DNA of 64,000 bases, taken from an uncultured Acidimicrobiia bacterium. GTDB taxonomy: Bacteria > Actinomycetota > Acidimicrobiia > IMCC26256 > JAENVU01. The DNA is taken from positions 345,726 through 409,725 of the forward strand of contig CAVVXW010000001.1 in NCBI GenBank assembly GCA_963752335.1, given 5' to 3'. Under the pieces are notes generated by a model, which saw nothing but the letters and a program-made list of their open reading frames with translations, did no database searches and was not told where the DNA came from. Below are positions 42,435 to 52,597 of the stretch, piece after piece (within the stretch, counting starts at the first letter, position 1; every line of letters starts with the position of its first letter). The position numbers and the translations under genes were made by a program.

Positions 42435-43045
42435 TCAGGCGTCGACGGCGCGGCGGCCTTCGAGAGCGCGACCGAGGGTGATCTCGTCGGCGTACTCGAG
42501 GTCGCCGCCGACGGGGAGGCCGCTCGCGATGCGCGTGACGCGCACGTCGACGTCGGCGAGCGCGCGTGCGAGGTACATCGCGGTGACCTCACCGTCGGTG
42601 TTCGGGTTCGTGGCCAGGATCACCTCGACGACGGCGTCGTCGCGGACCGCGCCGGAGCAGCTCGCCGATGCGCAGCTGATCCGGACCGATGCCCTCGATC
42701 GGGCTGATCGTCCCTTGGAGCACGTGGTACGAGCCGCGGAACTCCTGGGTCCGCTCGACCGCGACGATGTCACGCGGCTCCTCGACGACGCAGATGACGG
42801 TCCGGTCACGTCGCTCGTCGAGGCAGAACTGGCACAGCTCCCCTTCCGCGATGTTGAAGCAGCGCCGACACCAGGAGATCTTCTCCTTCACCTCGACGAT
42901 CGAGGCGGCGAGCCGCCGGGCGTCCTCCGGCGCGATGCGCAGGATGTGGAAGGCGATGCGCTGCGCGGACTTCGGACCGACGCCGGGCAGTCGGCCGAGC
43001 TCGTCGATCGAGCCGCTGGACCGGCCCCTCGTAGACGGACGGCAC
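42435..43045 (-). CDS. recR: Recombination mediator RecR (frameshifts near 43010 and 42655)
   Basis: '[14 protein letters not shown]', zinc finger 'CRRC..CQFC', 'ICVVEEPRD', '[16 protein letters not shown]', '[17 protein letters not shown]'. Confidence 0.94.
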
Positions 43046-43052
43046 CGCGTGC

Positions 43053-43383
43053 TCAGCCGAGACCGAAGGCACTCAGGTCGATGCCGCCGGTCACGCCGCC
43101 CATCTGCTCGGACTGGACGGCCTGCGACGGCGCGTGTGGCCTCGGCCACGGCCGCGACCACGAGGTCCTGCAGCATCTCGATGTCGTCGGGGTCCACGAC
43201 CTCGGGCGCGAGGACGATGGACACCAGCTCACCGGTGCCGGTCACCGTCGCGGTCACCATCCCCCCGCCGGCGCTGCCCTCGACCGTGGTCTCGGCGAGC
43301 GCGGCCTGCGCGGCGACCATCTGCTCCTGCATCTGCTGGACCTGCCGCATCATGTTGTTCATCGGCGGCTTCGACTTCGCCAC
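43053..43383 (-). CDS. ybaB: YbaB/EbfC nucleoid-associated protein (frameshift near 43125)
   Basis: '[44 protein letters not shown]', located between dnaX and recR. Confidence 0.92.
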
Positions 43384-43391
43384 GGAACTCC

Positions 43392-45222
43392 CTAGGACTT
43401 GGGCTGCTCTTCCACCACCGTCGCGCCGAACGTGTCGGTCAGGCGGGACAACGAATCTACCGCCACCCCTGCGTCCGCCGGCGCGTCCACCAGCTCCTCG
43501 GGGTCCACGAGGTCGATGGGTTCGTCCTCGCCGGTGGAGGCTCGGGATCCGGGACCGCCCGCAGCCGGTGCGGCGGCCCCTCGCCCTCACCCCACTCGTG
43601 CGGCGTGAACTTGAAACGGGGTGGCGACCCGAGCTCGGCGATGAAGACGTCGCGGATCGCGTCGGCGTTCTTCTGGAATTTCGGACGGACGGCGTCGATG
43701 TGGGTCCGGGCGACGCCGAACACCACCACGTTGCCGTCCACCGCGACCGGTTGTGCCTCCTGTACCGAGGCCCGGAGGGAGCGGGGCAAGGCGTCGAGCA
43801 CCGCGGCCCACGCCACGATCACGTCGTCGAGGTCGAAGGTCGTGGACGGATCGACGGCGGGGCGCCGCGGCCGACGGCGGCGCCGCCCGATCCTCGGTCG
43901 GCGGTGTCCACCGGCGCCGTGTGCCGCCTGCCAGTGCGCCCAGCGCGGGCGGGGGCCCAGCGCCGGCGGGCGGCGGCACCTCGGGCGTCCGGCCGGAGGT
44001 CGCGGCACGGGGCGGCCGGTGGAGCGACGACGGTGCCGGCGCCGAGTTCCGGGACCGGGATCGTTGCCCGTCCGCGAGTCGTGCCTCGATCCGGTCGACG
44101 CGGTCGGACAGGCTGGCGAGCGTGCCGCGGTCTCACGCCTCGCGAGCCGAACGAGCGCGATCTCCAGCACCAATCGGGGATCCGCGGCGTCCGTCGTACG
44201 CATGTCCACGATCGCCTGCCCCAGGGTCTCGAGCGAGCGGACGAGCGCGGCGTTCCCCATCGCTTCGCCGACGGTGCGGAGCCGCTCGCGGGTCTCCGCG
44301 GGTTCGTCCACCTCGACCCGCCCGCCGCTCGCGACGGTGATGAAGGCGTCACGCAGCGCGACGAGGAGCCCCTCCGCGATGCGCCGCGGATCGTGCGCCG
44401 CGTCCAGCAGCGCGTCCACACCGGTGAGCACCCCGACGACGTCCGAGGCCGCGATCGCGTCGAGGATGACCATCCGCAGCTCGAACGGGGCGCCGCCGAG
44501 GGCGTTCTCCACCGCCACGACCGTGATCGGCCCTCCGTTCGCGAGGACGAGATCGAGGAGCGACTCGGCGTCGCGCGCCGAGCCGCCCGCGGCCCGGGCG
44601 ATCAGCGTCAGGGCATCGGGTTCGGATTCGACGCGCTCGTCCTCCAGGACCGATGCGAGCAGCCCCGACAGCTCCTCGACCGTCAGGTAGCGGAACTCGA
44701 AGTGCTGGGTGCGTGACCGGATCGTCGGGAGCACCCGCTCCGGCTCGGTGGTCGCGAGCACGAACACCACGTGCGCCGGCGGCTCCTCGAGCGTCTTCAG
44801 CAGCGTGTTCGACGCGTCCTTCGTCAACATGTGCACCTCGTCGAGGAGGTACACCTTGCGCTTCGACGAAGCACCCAGCCCGAGGTTGATTCGCTGTACA
44901 GATCACGCGCGTCGTCCACGCCGCGGTTGGACGCGGCATCCATCTCGATCAGGTCGGGGAAGGTTCCGGCCGCGATCGCGACGCAGTTCTCGCACTGGCC
45001 GCACGGTTCGCCGTCGACACCGAGATCGAGGCAGTTCAGCGCCTTCGCGAGGATGCGCGCCGTGGTCGTCTTGCCGTTGCCCCGCGGTCCGGAGAAGAGA
45101 TAGGCGTGACCGACCCTCTGCTCGCGCACCGCCGTCCGCAACGCCGACGTGATGTGGTCCTGGCCGACCAGCTCGCCGAAGCGCTGGGGTCGGTACTTGC
45201 GGTAGAGCGCCTGGAACGACAT
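43392..45222 (-). CDS. dnaX: DNA polymerase III subunit gamma/tau (several frameshifts)
   Basis: '[13 protein letters not shown]', '[14 protein letters not shown]', '[16 protein letters not shown]', 'IRSRTQHF', 'GGSARDA'. The C-terminus ends '[13 protein letters not shown]'. Confidence 0.94.
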
Positions 45223-45233
45223 CGGACACGACC

Positions 45234-46059
45234 CTATCGAGCGGACCGGTCGAGTTGAGCCGTCGCGGCGCGACGCCGGGCGGCGGGATCGTCGGCGAGC
45301 GAGCTCGGTGAAGGTGGCCCGCATTCCCGGATGGAGGTGGCCGACGTACCAACCCGAGACACCGTCCGTGGGTGCATCGGCCGGCAGCGCCACCACGCCC
45401 GCATGCGTCGGGTCGTCCCATGCGGGCTCGGGCTCCGACCGCAGCCAGACCTTCAGGCGGACCGCCGGCCCCTCGGTCCGCGCGCACATCCGCCACGGCA
45501 GCGGGCGCGGGACCTCGGGGTCGCCGGCAACCGCGAACGCGCCGGTCAGGTCCACGCTGCCGACGGGACGGAGCTCGTTCGTGATCGAGTCCCAGACGTG
45601 CACGTTGAAGACCCAGTACGCGTCGAGCGCGACGTTCTTGGTGACGACGACGGCCCGGACCCGCCCGCCCTCGTCGCCGATGCGCAACGCGGCGCCCTGC
45701 TGGACCTGAGGGCTCGTCGCCGTGGCCCACGTGCTGCACGAGAGCCCCTCCGTGCCGACGGGCGCGTCCGACGACCAGAAGAGCACCCGGAGGTTGGACC
45801 CGACGTTCTGGGTGGGTGCGGCAGCCGTGATGACGCCGGACCGTTCGCTGATGGAGTAGCCGTCGGCCACATCGGGAGTGAGCACCGAGGTGAGGAGGTG
45901 GACCGGTTCGGATCGGGCACCGCCAGCCGACGGGAAGCTGAGCAGGCTGACGACGACCAGCGCGAGGAACACGAGCACGATCGGCATGACCGGGATTCCG
46001 GGCGTCGGCGCGGCTCCGAGCACCGGTCGAGACCGAACGGGCGTCGCCTGCTCCGCCAT
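45234..46059 (-). CDS. Hypothetical exported, beta-rich protein between ffs and dnaX (3' end uncertain because of a probable indel)
   Basis: Hydrophobic segment 'IVLVFLALVVVSLL' then a Trp-rich beta-type domain. TACGCT -10 lies 6 nt upstream of the ATG. Confidence 0.6.
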
Positions 46060-46130
46060 CGCCCGAGCGTAACGGCGGGCGATCGCGGTGCCGACGCACG
46101 TCCGCGCCGCGTCCGTCTCGTGCAAGTCAT

Positions 46131-46407
46131 GCGGACCGTGCACCCACCGTCGACCCGACGCAGTGAGGCGCGGGTCTCGTCGCCGGCTCAGACCAGGCGA
46201 CCCCACGGCACACGAGAGGGCCCGCTGAGAGCTGCTTCCTTCCGGACCTGACTCGGTTCACGAGATCTCGTTGCGTAGGACCCGGCCCTCGACGCTGCGT
46301 GCGAGTCGCCTTCCCCACTCCGGCTCGAGCCTCGGGTGGGGATTCAGCCCCCCATACGTGGATTTGGGGTACAGGGCACCACGGACTCCCCACCTAGCAC
46401 GGTCCGC
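46131..46407 (-). ncRNA. ffs: Signal recognition particle RNA, large (Alu-domain-containing) type
   Basis: Domain IV 'TCAGGTCCGGAAGGAAGCAGC' on the minus strand. 5' Alu-like 'CCGTGCTAGGTGGGGAG..GGTGCCCTGTACC'. Perfect 11-bp terminal helix (46397-46407 / 46131-46141). TAGGTT -10 upstream. Upstream of dnaX. Confidence 0.92.
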
Positions 46408-46469
46408 GGCCGCAACCTAGCAGCAGGTCCCCCAGTACCATCACCGCTTCGACGTTCCGCGGAGCGCCG

Positions 46470-46554
46470 GGAGGGGTGCGAGAGCGGCCGAATCGGCACG
46501 CTTGGAAAGCGTGTGTGGGGAAACTCACCGTGGGTTCGAATCCCACTCCCTCCG
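46470..46554 (+). tRNA. tRNA-Ser(GGA), CCA not encoded
   Basis: GGAGGGG/TCCCTCC acceptor, CACGC-TT-GGA-AA-GCGTG anticodon arm, long variable arm, GGTTCGAATCC. Confidence 0.96.
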
Positions 46555-46562
46555 CTCATCGC

Positions 46563-46937
46563 CTAGATCGCCCGGCGCCCCGCCAGAGCCACGAGGTTCC
46601 CTTCCGAGTCGCGGAAGAAGGACATCACCTCGGCCTCACCTGGCGGACCGAACTGTCCAGCTTCGTCGACGTGAATCACGTGCGGTTCCGACTCGATGCT
46701 CACACCGGCGGTGCGCAGCCGGTCGGTCATCGACGCGACGTCGTCAACTCCGAGGTAGAGGAGCGAAGCGGGTGCTCCGGCCTCGAGCAGCAAACGTGTC
46801 GGTCGAGACGGAAGAACGCGAGGCCAGGTGGATCGAAGCGGTCGATGAACTCGAGGCCGATGACGTCGCGATAGAAGGCCACGGCGCGGTCAGTCTTCGA
46901 CACGGAGCGCGACCTGCCGGAGATGGGTGACGGACAT
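46563..46937 (-). CDS. VOC/glyoxalase family protein (frameshifted)
   Basis: Pieces 'RAVAFYRDVIGL..PPGLAFF', 'LYLGVDDV..LRTAGV', 'FFRDSEGNLVAL' lie in different frames. Confidence 0.78.
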
Positions 46938-47015
46938 GCTCGAATAGTAGGTAGGCTACCTCCCGAGCGGACCGTTCGGACGCGTCGGCGGGACATGGGT
47001 GACTGCCGCACGCAT

Positions 47016-47807
47016 CTACGAATCGGCTGACAAGGAGTTGAGCACGGCGACCTCTGGGAACGTCGCCGGCGCGCCGTAGCCGTGCTCAGCCAGCCACCGG
47101 ATCACCATCAGACTTCGCAACGACCAGTACGCGCGAATCACGTCGATCTCGACGTCGCCGCCATAGCCCGCGACGACATCGTCGAGGTGCTCCTCGTGTG
47201 CGAGCGTCAGAGTGGCGAGGTCATACATCGCATCGCCCTGGCCGCCCTCGGACCAGTCCACGACGCCGCTCACCTCGTCACCGTCGACGAACACATGAAC
47301 GATCTGCAGGTCGCCGTGGATGAACACCGGTGTCCACGGCCGCAGCGCCGCCTCCGCGACCTGACGATTGCGCCTGACAACGTCGGCGGACACGACATCG
47401 TTGGCGACGAGCCACTCACACTCCGAGTCGAGCAGTGGCGGAAACTCGACCGTGCCCCGACTGCTGCGAGCGGGCTGCTGCTGACACTGGCTGCTGGGCC
47501 ACGGCGGCGGCGGAGCGTCGTGCAGCGTGCGGACGGCGGCACCCGCCGCAACCCACGCCGCCGAAGACGCACGCGAAGGCTCTCCAAGCACGCCGAGCGC
47601 CGCTCCAGGAACTGCCGCGAGGGCGAGCACCGGCGGCTTGCGCCAAAGGACCTCGGGGGTGGGGATCGGTGCCCTCGCCATGACCTCGACCTCTCGGTCG
47701 ATGCGCGCTTGATCCGTGTCGATCTTCAGGAACACGTCGCCGACGCGCAGCGTCACGCGCTCCGAATGCGCGACAACGACTTCGATCTCCCGCATGTCGT
47801 CAATCAT
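47016..47807 (-). CDS. Aminoglycoside-phosphotransferase (APH) family kinase
   Basis: 'VFLKID', Brenner-like 'FIHGDLQIVHVFV', 'GVVDWSE..GD..YDLA'. Confidence 0.85.
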   Translation of the reverse strand: MIDDMREIEVVVAHSERVTLRVGDVFLKIDTDQARIDREVEVMARAPIPTPEVLWRKPPVLALAAVPGAALGVLGEPSRASSAAWVAAGAAVRTLHDAPPPPWPSSQCQQQPARSSRGTVEFPPLLDSECEWLVANDVVSADVVRRNRQVAEAALRPWTPVFIHGDLQIVHVFVDGDEVSGVVDWSEGGQGDAMYDLATLTLAHEEHLDDVVAGYGGDVEIDVIRAYWSLRSLMVIRWLAEHGYGAPATFPEVAVLNSLSADS

Positions 47808-48286
47808 CGCTCTGGGCCACCGACCGCGCAGAGAATATCGAGCACCTCCGACGGACCGGGCCTTGCTCGCACGACCGAGGAGGTGCCCCACAACGCCGGG
47901 ACGCTCTCGAGCCGGCGCTCCACGTGGGGTCACGGCGCCGCTGCTCACGGCACGGCGGTCACGTCGGTTCGTGCGACGGAAGGACTCGGCCACGCGGTTC
48001 GGGGGCGTGCTTGGCGCGGCGGTGCAGGTGGGCGACCGTCTCCTGGTTGCCCGAACGATGCGATCACGCCCTCGAGACGAAGACGCCATCGAACGTGGCC
48101 GTGTCCTTGCCGTGACCAGCGCGTTCTACCTCAGGCCCGCGGCCGGCTCGGTCGTTGCCTTCGCCGCGAACCGCATCGGCCGTGATCGCCGCCCCGGGTC
48201 ACCGGTGCCGGCCACTGCCGTCGTGCTGGTCGTCGCGGGCTTCCACCTCGCGCACTGCCCCGAACCTCGGCTCGGCGGCAGATGCT

Positions 48287-48934
48287 TCAGGCCAACAGCA
48301 CCTCGACAAGCCCAACCGGGTTGGCAAGCGCGGGAAGGTGACCCACGGCGACGTGTTCGGGCTCCACGCCGAGACGGTCACGGATGAGCCGGTCCATGAA
48401 GGCGACTGGGAAGAAGCGGTCGTTGGTCGCCGCGATCCCTCGCGTCCTGACCGCCGGCAGCGCTGGGAGCGGGAACGGGTCTGTCATGACGCGGCCGGCC
48501 TGCTGGGGCTCGCCGCGCTCCAGCGCCTCCCGAAGCACGGTCGGCGGGAGGTCGTGGAGGAAGTGCTCCATGGCGTCCATCTCCTGGTCGCCCCATGCCT
48601 CGTGGAAGCCGCTCGTTGCCCACCAGTCGCCGGCCGTCTCGCCTGGCTTCGGGATCATCGCGGCGACGAAGACGAGCGTTGCCGCACCGAGGCGCTCGGC
48701 GACGACGGGAGCGGTGAAACCTCCGAGCGACTGCCCGACGACCACCGCATCGCCCTCGGGCGAGCCGACCGCATCGAGCGCGGCGGCAACGTATGCGTCC
48801 AGTCCCGCGTCGGGGTCGCTGGCGGGCAGCGCGACCGGTATGGCGCGGTGTCCGGCTGCCTCGAGCAGGGGGCCCACGAGATGCCAGTACCAAGCGTCCC
48901 CGCCCGCACCCGGGATGAGCACGTAGGTGGCCAT
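48287..48934 (-). CDS. Alpha/beta-fold hydrolase
   Basis: 'TYVLIPGAGGDAWYW', 'GQSLGG', 'DRFFP', 'GHLPAL'. Confidence 0.87.
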   Translation of the reverse strand: MATYVLIPGAGGDAWYWHLVGPLLEAAGHRAIPVALPASDPDAGLDAYVAAALDAVGSPEGDAVVVGQSLGGFTAPVVAERLGAATLVFVAAMIPKPGETAGDWWATSGFHEAWGDQEMDAMEHFLHDLPPTVLREALERGEPQQAGRVMTDPFPLPALPAVRTRGIAATNDRFFPVAFMDRLIRDRLGVEPEHVAVGHLPALANPVGLVEVLLA

Positions 48935-49018
48935 GCGGGGTGGACGGTAGCCGCAGCCTCGACCCATCGGTCCCGTCGAGCTCGGGTCTCCGATCCGCCG
49001 AAGACTGCTGCCGCGCTC

Positions 49019-49471
49019 CTACCAGCCTTCGGTGCCGTGCCAATCCCAGCTGGGCAAGGGAAGGTCGTTCGGAACGTCCTCGGGCGTGGCCCACCGGTGG
49101 TTGAGCATCGCCGTCGCCCACGTGAACCAGGCGATGAGCTGGAACCGAAGCGACGGGTCCGTCGGGATGCCGACGTCGTCGAGTGCGAGCGCGAAGGCTG
49201 CGACGGCTCGGCCGTCCATCTGTTCGTGCGGTCCGTTGCCACTGTGCATCCGGGCCACCTCGGAGTAACCGCTGATCGACTCGGTGTAGACGGGTGGGCC
49301 GCCGAGCTGCTCGGCCCAGAACGCGGCCAACCGCTCGGTGTGCTGCGCGTGGACACCACCTTCGAAGGGATGCGCCAGGATCGAGTCGGCGAGGCAGCGT
49401 CGGTGCCACGCCTCGGCGAGCGCCACGACCGCTTCGGCCCCGCCCATCGCCTCGTAGATCGAAGCCTCCAC
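49019..49471 (-). CDS. Truncated (2/2) hemoglobin-like protein
   Basis: 'SIYEAMGGAEAV..L...W..R...D..LAHPF', 'FWAEQLGGPPVY', proximal His in 'RMHSG'. Confidence 0.8.
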   Translation of the reverse strand: MEASIYEAMGGAEAVVALAEAWHRRCLADSILAHPFEGGVHAQHTERLAAFWAEQLGGPPVYTESISGYSEVARMHSGNGPHEQMDGRAVAAFALALDDVGIPTDPSLRFQLIAWFTWATAMLNHRWATPEDVPNDLPLPSWDWHGTEGW

Positions 49472-49568
49472 GACCGGCGATCGTAGACCGGCGATGCGAC
49501 TGCTCGTCTGCGCCGTTCCCCGCCGCATCCCCGACGGTCGGCATGGCCGAGCGGCACGACCTGCGACA

Positions 49569-50180
49569 TCAGGCGAAGGCATGGGACGTGTACAGGTCCT
49601 TCGCCCGGTCGTAGTCGAACCGCCGAACGAGACCCAGCGATTCGATCGTCGATATCTGATGGACGAGCTTCTCGTTGGTCACGATCACGGGCCGCACCAG
49701 CGGCCACGCGTCCCGTAGCCACACGAGGAGCGCCTGGAGCAGGACTCGTTCGAACCCGGTGTCCCACGTCGACACGCGAACCCAGAACGCGACGGTGGCG
49801 TCGACCGACGACAGGTCGCTTCCGTCGTGCGAGGTCACTTCGGCGGTCTCGTACATTCGGTCGTCGTTGGACAGTAGGTAGATGCAGCCGAGCACCTGGG
49901 TCTCGTCGGCGTTCATGACGGTGTAGGTGTATCGAGTCCCGTTGCGGTGCTCGCTGTCCATCTGCTCGAGGTCGGCCCGGTTCTGCTCGACCGAGAAGTC
50001 CACGGGCGGGTACGGAGGGTCTTGCTCCCAGTGAGAGAGGAACTCGCGGCTGGACATCACCGCTTCGTGATCGAGCACTGCGTCCTCCGGCACGAGCGGC
50101 CGGATGACGAAGCCGTCTCCCCTGCATCCGTCCGCCGGTTGGATTCCTCGCTCGCGGAAGCCCACAGCCGCAATCGTCAC
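49569..50180 (-). CDS. GNAT-like (RimL-type) acetyltransferase; start uncertain
   Basis: 'IRPLVPEDAVLDHEAVMSS', 'YTYTVM..VLGCIY', 'FWVR'. Confidence 0.7.
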   Translation of the reverse strand: MTIAAVGFRERGIQPADGCRGDGFVIRPLVPEDAVLDHEAVMSSREFLSHWEQDPPYPPVDFSVEQNRADLEQMDSEHRNGTRYTYTVMNADETQVLGCIYLLSNDDRMYETAEVTSHDGSDLSSVDATVAFWVRVSTWDTGFERVLLQALLVWLRDAWPLVRPVIVTNEKLVHQISTIESLGLVRRFDYDRAKDLYTSHAFA

Positions 50181-50286
50181 ACGGCAGGTCGACGCGGCCG
50201 GCCCGTTTTCGCTCGACGTCCGGATGCCCGGGAAGACCGGACTTCCTTCCAGGACGACGAGCGTCTCGTTCCGGGCGGAAAGGTGA

Positions 50287-50784
50287 TCAGCGTGAGCGCG
50301 TTGCGTGTCTGACCATCGTCCAGGACGATCCGCGGTTGACGACGTCCACGAAGCCGACCGACACGTAGAGGTCACGCGCCGGATTGTCGCCGTTGACGCT
50401 GAGACTCAGAGCCCGGTGACCCTGAGCCATGCTGGCCTCGACGAGGTCGATGAGAAGCCGACGACCGATCCCCTCGTGCCGACGCGACACGACGACGGCG
50501 ATCGACAGCTCCGGGACAGCCTCCGAGATGAACCCGTAGCCATGGCTCGCCTCGGTGTAGGTCCGATACCAGGCCGCGCCGAGCGGCCCATCCTGTTCGG
50601 CCACGAGTCCGTAGTCGCCGGACCTCGGCCATCCGGCGAGGTACATCGCGTAGCGCGGATCGGCGAGCACCTCGTCGGCGGTCGGCGTCGGCTTGTCGGG
50701 ACGCCAGACCGCGGCCTCGCCGAGCATCGTCGCCAGAAACGGGAGGTCCTCAGCCCCAGCCGGGCGACACCGGATGTCATTCAC
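50287..50784 (-). CDS. GNAT family N-acetyltransferase
   Basis: 'PELSIAV..RHEGIGRRLL', 'LSLSV..NPARDLY..GF'. Confidence 0.88.
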   Translation of the reverse strand: MNDIRCRPAGAEDLPFLATMLGEAAVWRPDKPTPTADEVLADPRYAMYLAGWPRSGDYGLVAEQDGPLGAAWYRTYTEASHGYGFISEAVPELSIAVVVSRRHEGIGRRLLIDLVEASMAQGHRALSLSVNGDNPARDLYVSVGFVDVVNRGSSWTMVRHATRSR

Positions 50785-50814
50785 CTGGCTCAGTCCATCA
50801 GCTCGGCCGACCCA

Positions 50815-50843
50815 TTGACTTGAGTTTAGTCATCCTGTTAAAT
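50815..50843 (+). promoter_or_regulatory. Promoter and probable operator upstream of arsR-SRPBCC
   Basis: TTGACT (50815-50820) followed by an unusually AT-rich imperfect palindrome, TTTAGTCATCCTGTTAAA (50825-50842). Confidence 0.55.
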
Positions 50844-50881
50844 AACTGATCTGTGAAGTATCCGCCCGTGGGACGCCAACG

Positions 50882-51247
50882 ATGACCGTGACCGCCCCCG
50901 ATCGGTTCGACGTCGTCTTCGCCGCCTTGTCGGACCCCACGCGGCGCTCGATCGTGCGTCGCCTGGCCGACGGTGAGGCGACCGTGCTCGAGTTGGCCGA
51001 ACCCTTCCCGATCAGCCTGCCGGCCATCTCCCGTCATCTGAAGGTGCTCGAGCAGGCGGGCCTGATCAGCCGCGGCCGGGATGGACAACGGCGACCATGC
51101 CGACTGCGACCGGAGCCTCTCGTCGAGATCGCCGCATGGGCCGAGCACACCTGCGCGGCATGGGAGCACCGCCTCGACCGACTCGATGCGCACCTCCGGC
51201 GCACCTCTGACCGAACCGCATCCCCACCGACACCGGAGAAGCCATGA
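50882..51247 (+). CDS. ArsR/SmtB family transcriptional regulator
   Basis: '[14 protein letters not shown]', '[19 protein letters not shown]'. Confidence 0.92.
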   Translation: MTVTAPDRFDVVFAALSDPTRRSIVRRLADGEATVLELAEPFPISLPAISRHLKVLEQAGLISRGRDGQRRPCRLRPEPLVEIAAWAEHTCAAWEHRLDRLDAHLRRTSDRTASPPTPEKP

Positions 51248-51732
51248 GCAACAACCCGACCGTCACCGATCCGACGACGTGGGCTCTCGACCGTGAGATC
51301 GTCCTCGTTCGAGTTCTCGACGCCACGCGCCAAGCGGTGTTCTCGGCGTGGACCGATGCCGACGCCTTCTGCCAATGGTTCGGCCCCGATGGGTTCACCT
51401 GCACGGTCCGAGAGATGGACGTGCGCCCGGGCGGCCGAGCGCGCTTCGACATGACCGCCGGAGACGGCACCGTGTTCACCAACCGCTTCGACTATCTCGA
51501 GGTCGTTCCCGACGAGAGGCTGGTCCTGGATCACGGCTCTGACCGCGACGATGACCCAGAACGCTTCCGAGTGACGATCACCCTGGACACGCAAGCCGAC
51601 GGGAAGACCGTGCTGACCCTGCGACAACTCCACCCGACCGTCGAGCAGCGAGACGCAACGATCGGCTTCGGCGCGGTCGAACTGGGTCTGCAGACGCTGC
51701 GCAAGCTCGCTCGTCATCTCGGGGTCGCCTGA
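51244..51732 (+). CDS. SRPBCC (AHSA1-like) domain protein
   Basis: '[31 protein letters not shown]', 'EVVPDERLV'. Confidence 0.88.
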   Translation: MSNNPTVTDPTTWALDREIVLVRVLDATRQAVFSAWTDADAFCQWFGPDGFTCTVREMDVRPGGRARFDMTAGDGTVFTNRFDYLEVVPDERLVLDHGSDRDDDPERFRVTITLDTQADGKTVLTLRQLHPTVEQRDATIGFGAVELGLQTLRKLARHLGVA

Positions 51733-51856
51733 ACGTCCACGATGGCCGTGACCGAGCGTCCGCGACGCGGCAGGTCTCGTCGGGTTCACCCGTCCCCGAC
51801 CGCGCTTGCAGACCATGCGGACACGGCGTACGAACAGATCGAGAAAGGATCGAGGA

Positions 51857-52528
51857 ATGTCTCAACTGCTGCGAGTGCAGAACTTCTGCGTGTCGACGGA
51901 TGGCTTCGGCGCCGGCGAAGGCCAGAGCCTCGAGGCGCCGTTCGGGCACGCCGACCCCCGGAGTGGTGGCGTCACCCGCCTCCCGGCCGATCTGGCCTCG
52001 TGGGCGTTCGCCACCGCGAGCTGGCCGAACCGAACCGAGCCCGGCGGTTCCCGAGGGTTGGACGACTACTTCACTCGCGACTTCACGCGGAACATCGGGG
52101 CCGAGATCATGGGCCGCAACAAGTTCGGGCCGCAGCGTGGCCCGTGGGAGAACCTCGACTGGAAGGGATGGTGGGGAGAGACCCCGCCCTTCCACACCCC
52201 CGTCTTCGTCCTCACCCACCATCACCGACCCAGCTTCACGCTGGCCGACACCACGTTCCACTTCCTCGATGCGACGCCCGCGGACGCGGCGCGGATTGCC
52301 AAGGATGCCGCCGAGGGGAAGGACGTACGGGTCGGAGGCGGCGTCGCCACGGTTCGCCAGTTCCTCGACGCCGATCTCATCGACACCATCCACGTCGCCG
52401 TCGCGCCGATCGAGATCGGCCGAGGGGAGCGACTCTGGACCTCCCCCGAGGACCTGCTCGACCGGTTCAACCTCGAGTCGATTCCCAGCCCCAGTGGCGT
52501 GACCCACCTCCTCTTCTGGCGGCGGTAG
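51857..52528 (+). CDS. Dihydrofolate reductase / RibD C-terminal family protein
   Basis: 'SxDGF', 'IMGRNKF', 'PPFHTPVFVLTH', 'KDVRVGGG..RQFL..LID'. Confidence 0.88.
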   Translation: MSQLLRVQNFCVSTDGFGAGEGQSLEAPFGHADPRSGGVTRLPADLASWAFATASWPNRTEPGGSRGLDDYFTRDFTRNIGAEIMGRNKFGPQRGPWENLDWKGWWGETPPFHTPVFVLTHHHRPSFTLADTTFHFLDATPADAARIAKDAAEGKDVRVGGGVATVRQFLDADLIDTIHVAVAPIEIGRGERLWTSPEDLLDRFNLESIPSPSGVTHLLFWRR

Positions 52529-52597
52529 GCACAACGGACGACGAGGCGAGAGCGATCCACCCAGCCCGCTCGCCGATCCGAACGGATCGGCACTCGA

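Noticed and set aside
43392-45222. Programmed ribosomal frameshift in dnaX (gamma/tau)
   Set aside because: No A-AAA-AAG or poly-A slippery site was seen. One shift falls inside the AAA+ domain, and similar indels occur throughout the window.
44824-46206. Real fusion of an exported protein to the DnaX N-terminus
   Set aside because: Biologically implausible. dnaX has its own -10 element and ATG, and one indel explains the read-through.
46860-46937. Selenocysteine UGA read-through in the VOC gene
   Set aside because: The coding sequence continues in a different frame after the TGA, which indicates an indel and not in-frame read-through.
47016-47807. Bona fide aminoglycoside resistance gene
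   Set aside because: Only generic APH/choline-kinase family motifs are present, so the substrate cannot be inferred.
47810-48286. Gene or ncRNA in the 480-bp gap between the APH-like kinase and the hydrolase
   Set aside because: The ORFs lack typical codon bias and motifs, and I could not support any structure. It may be a decayed remnant.
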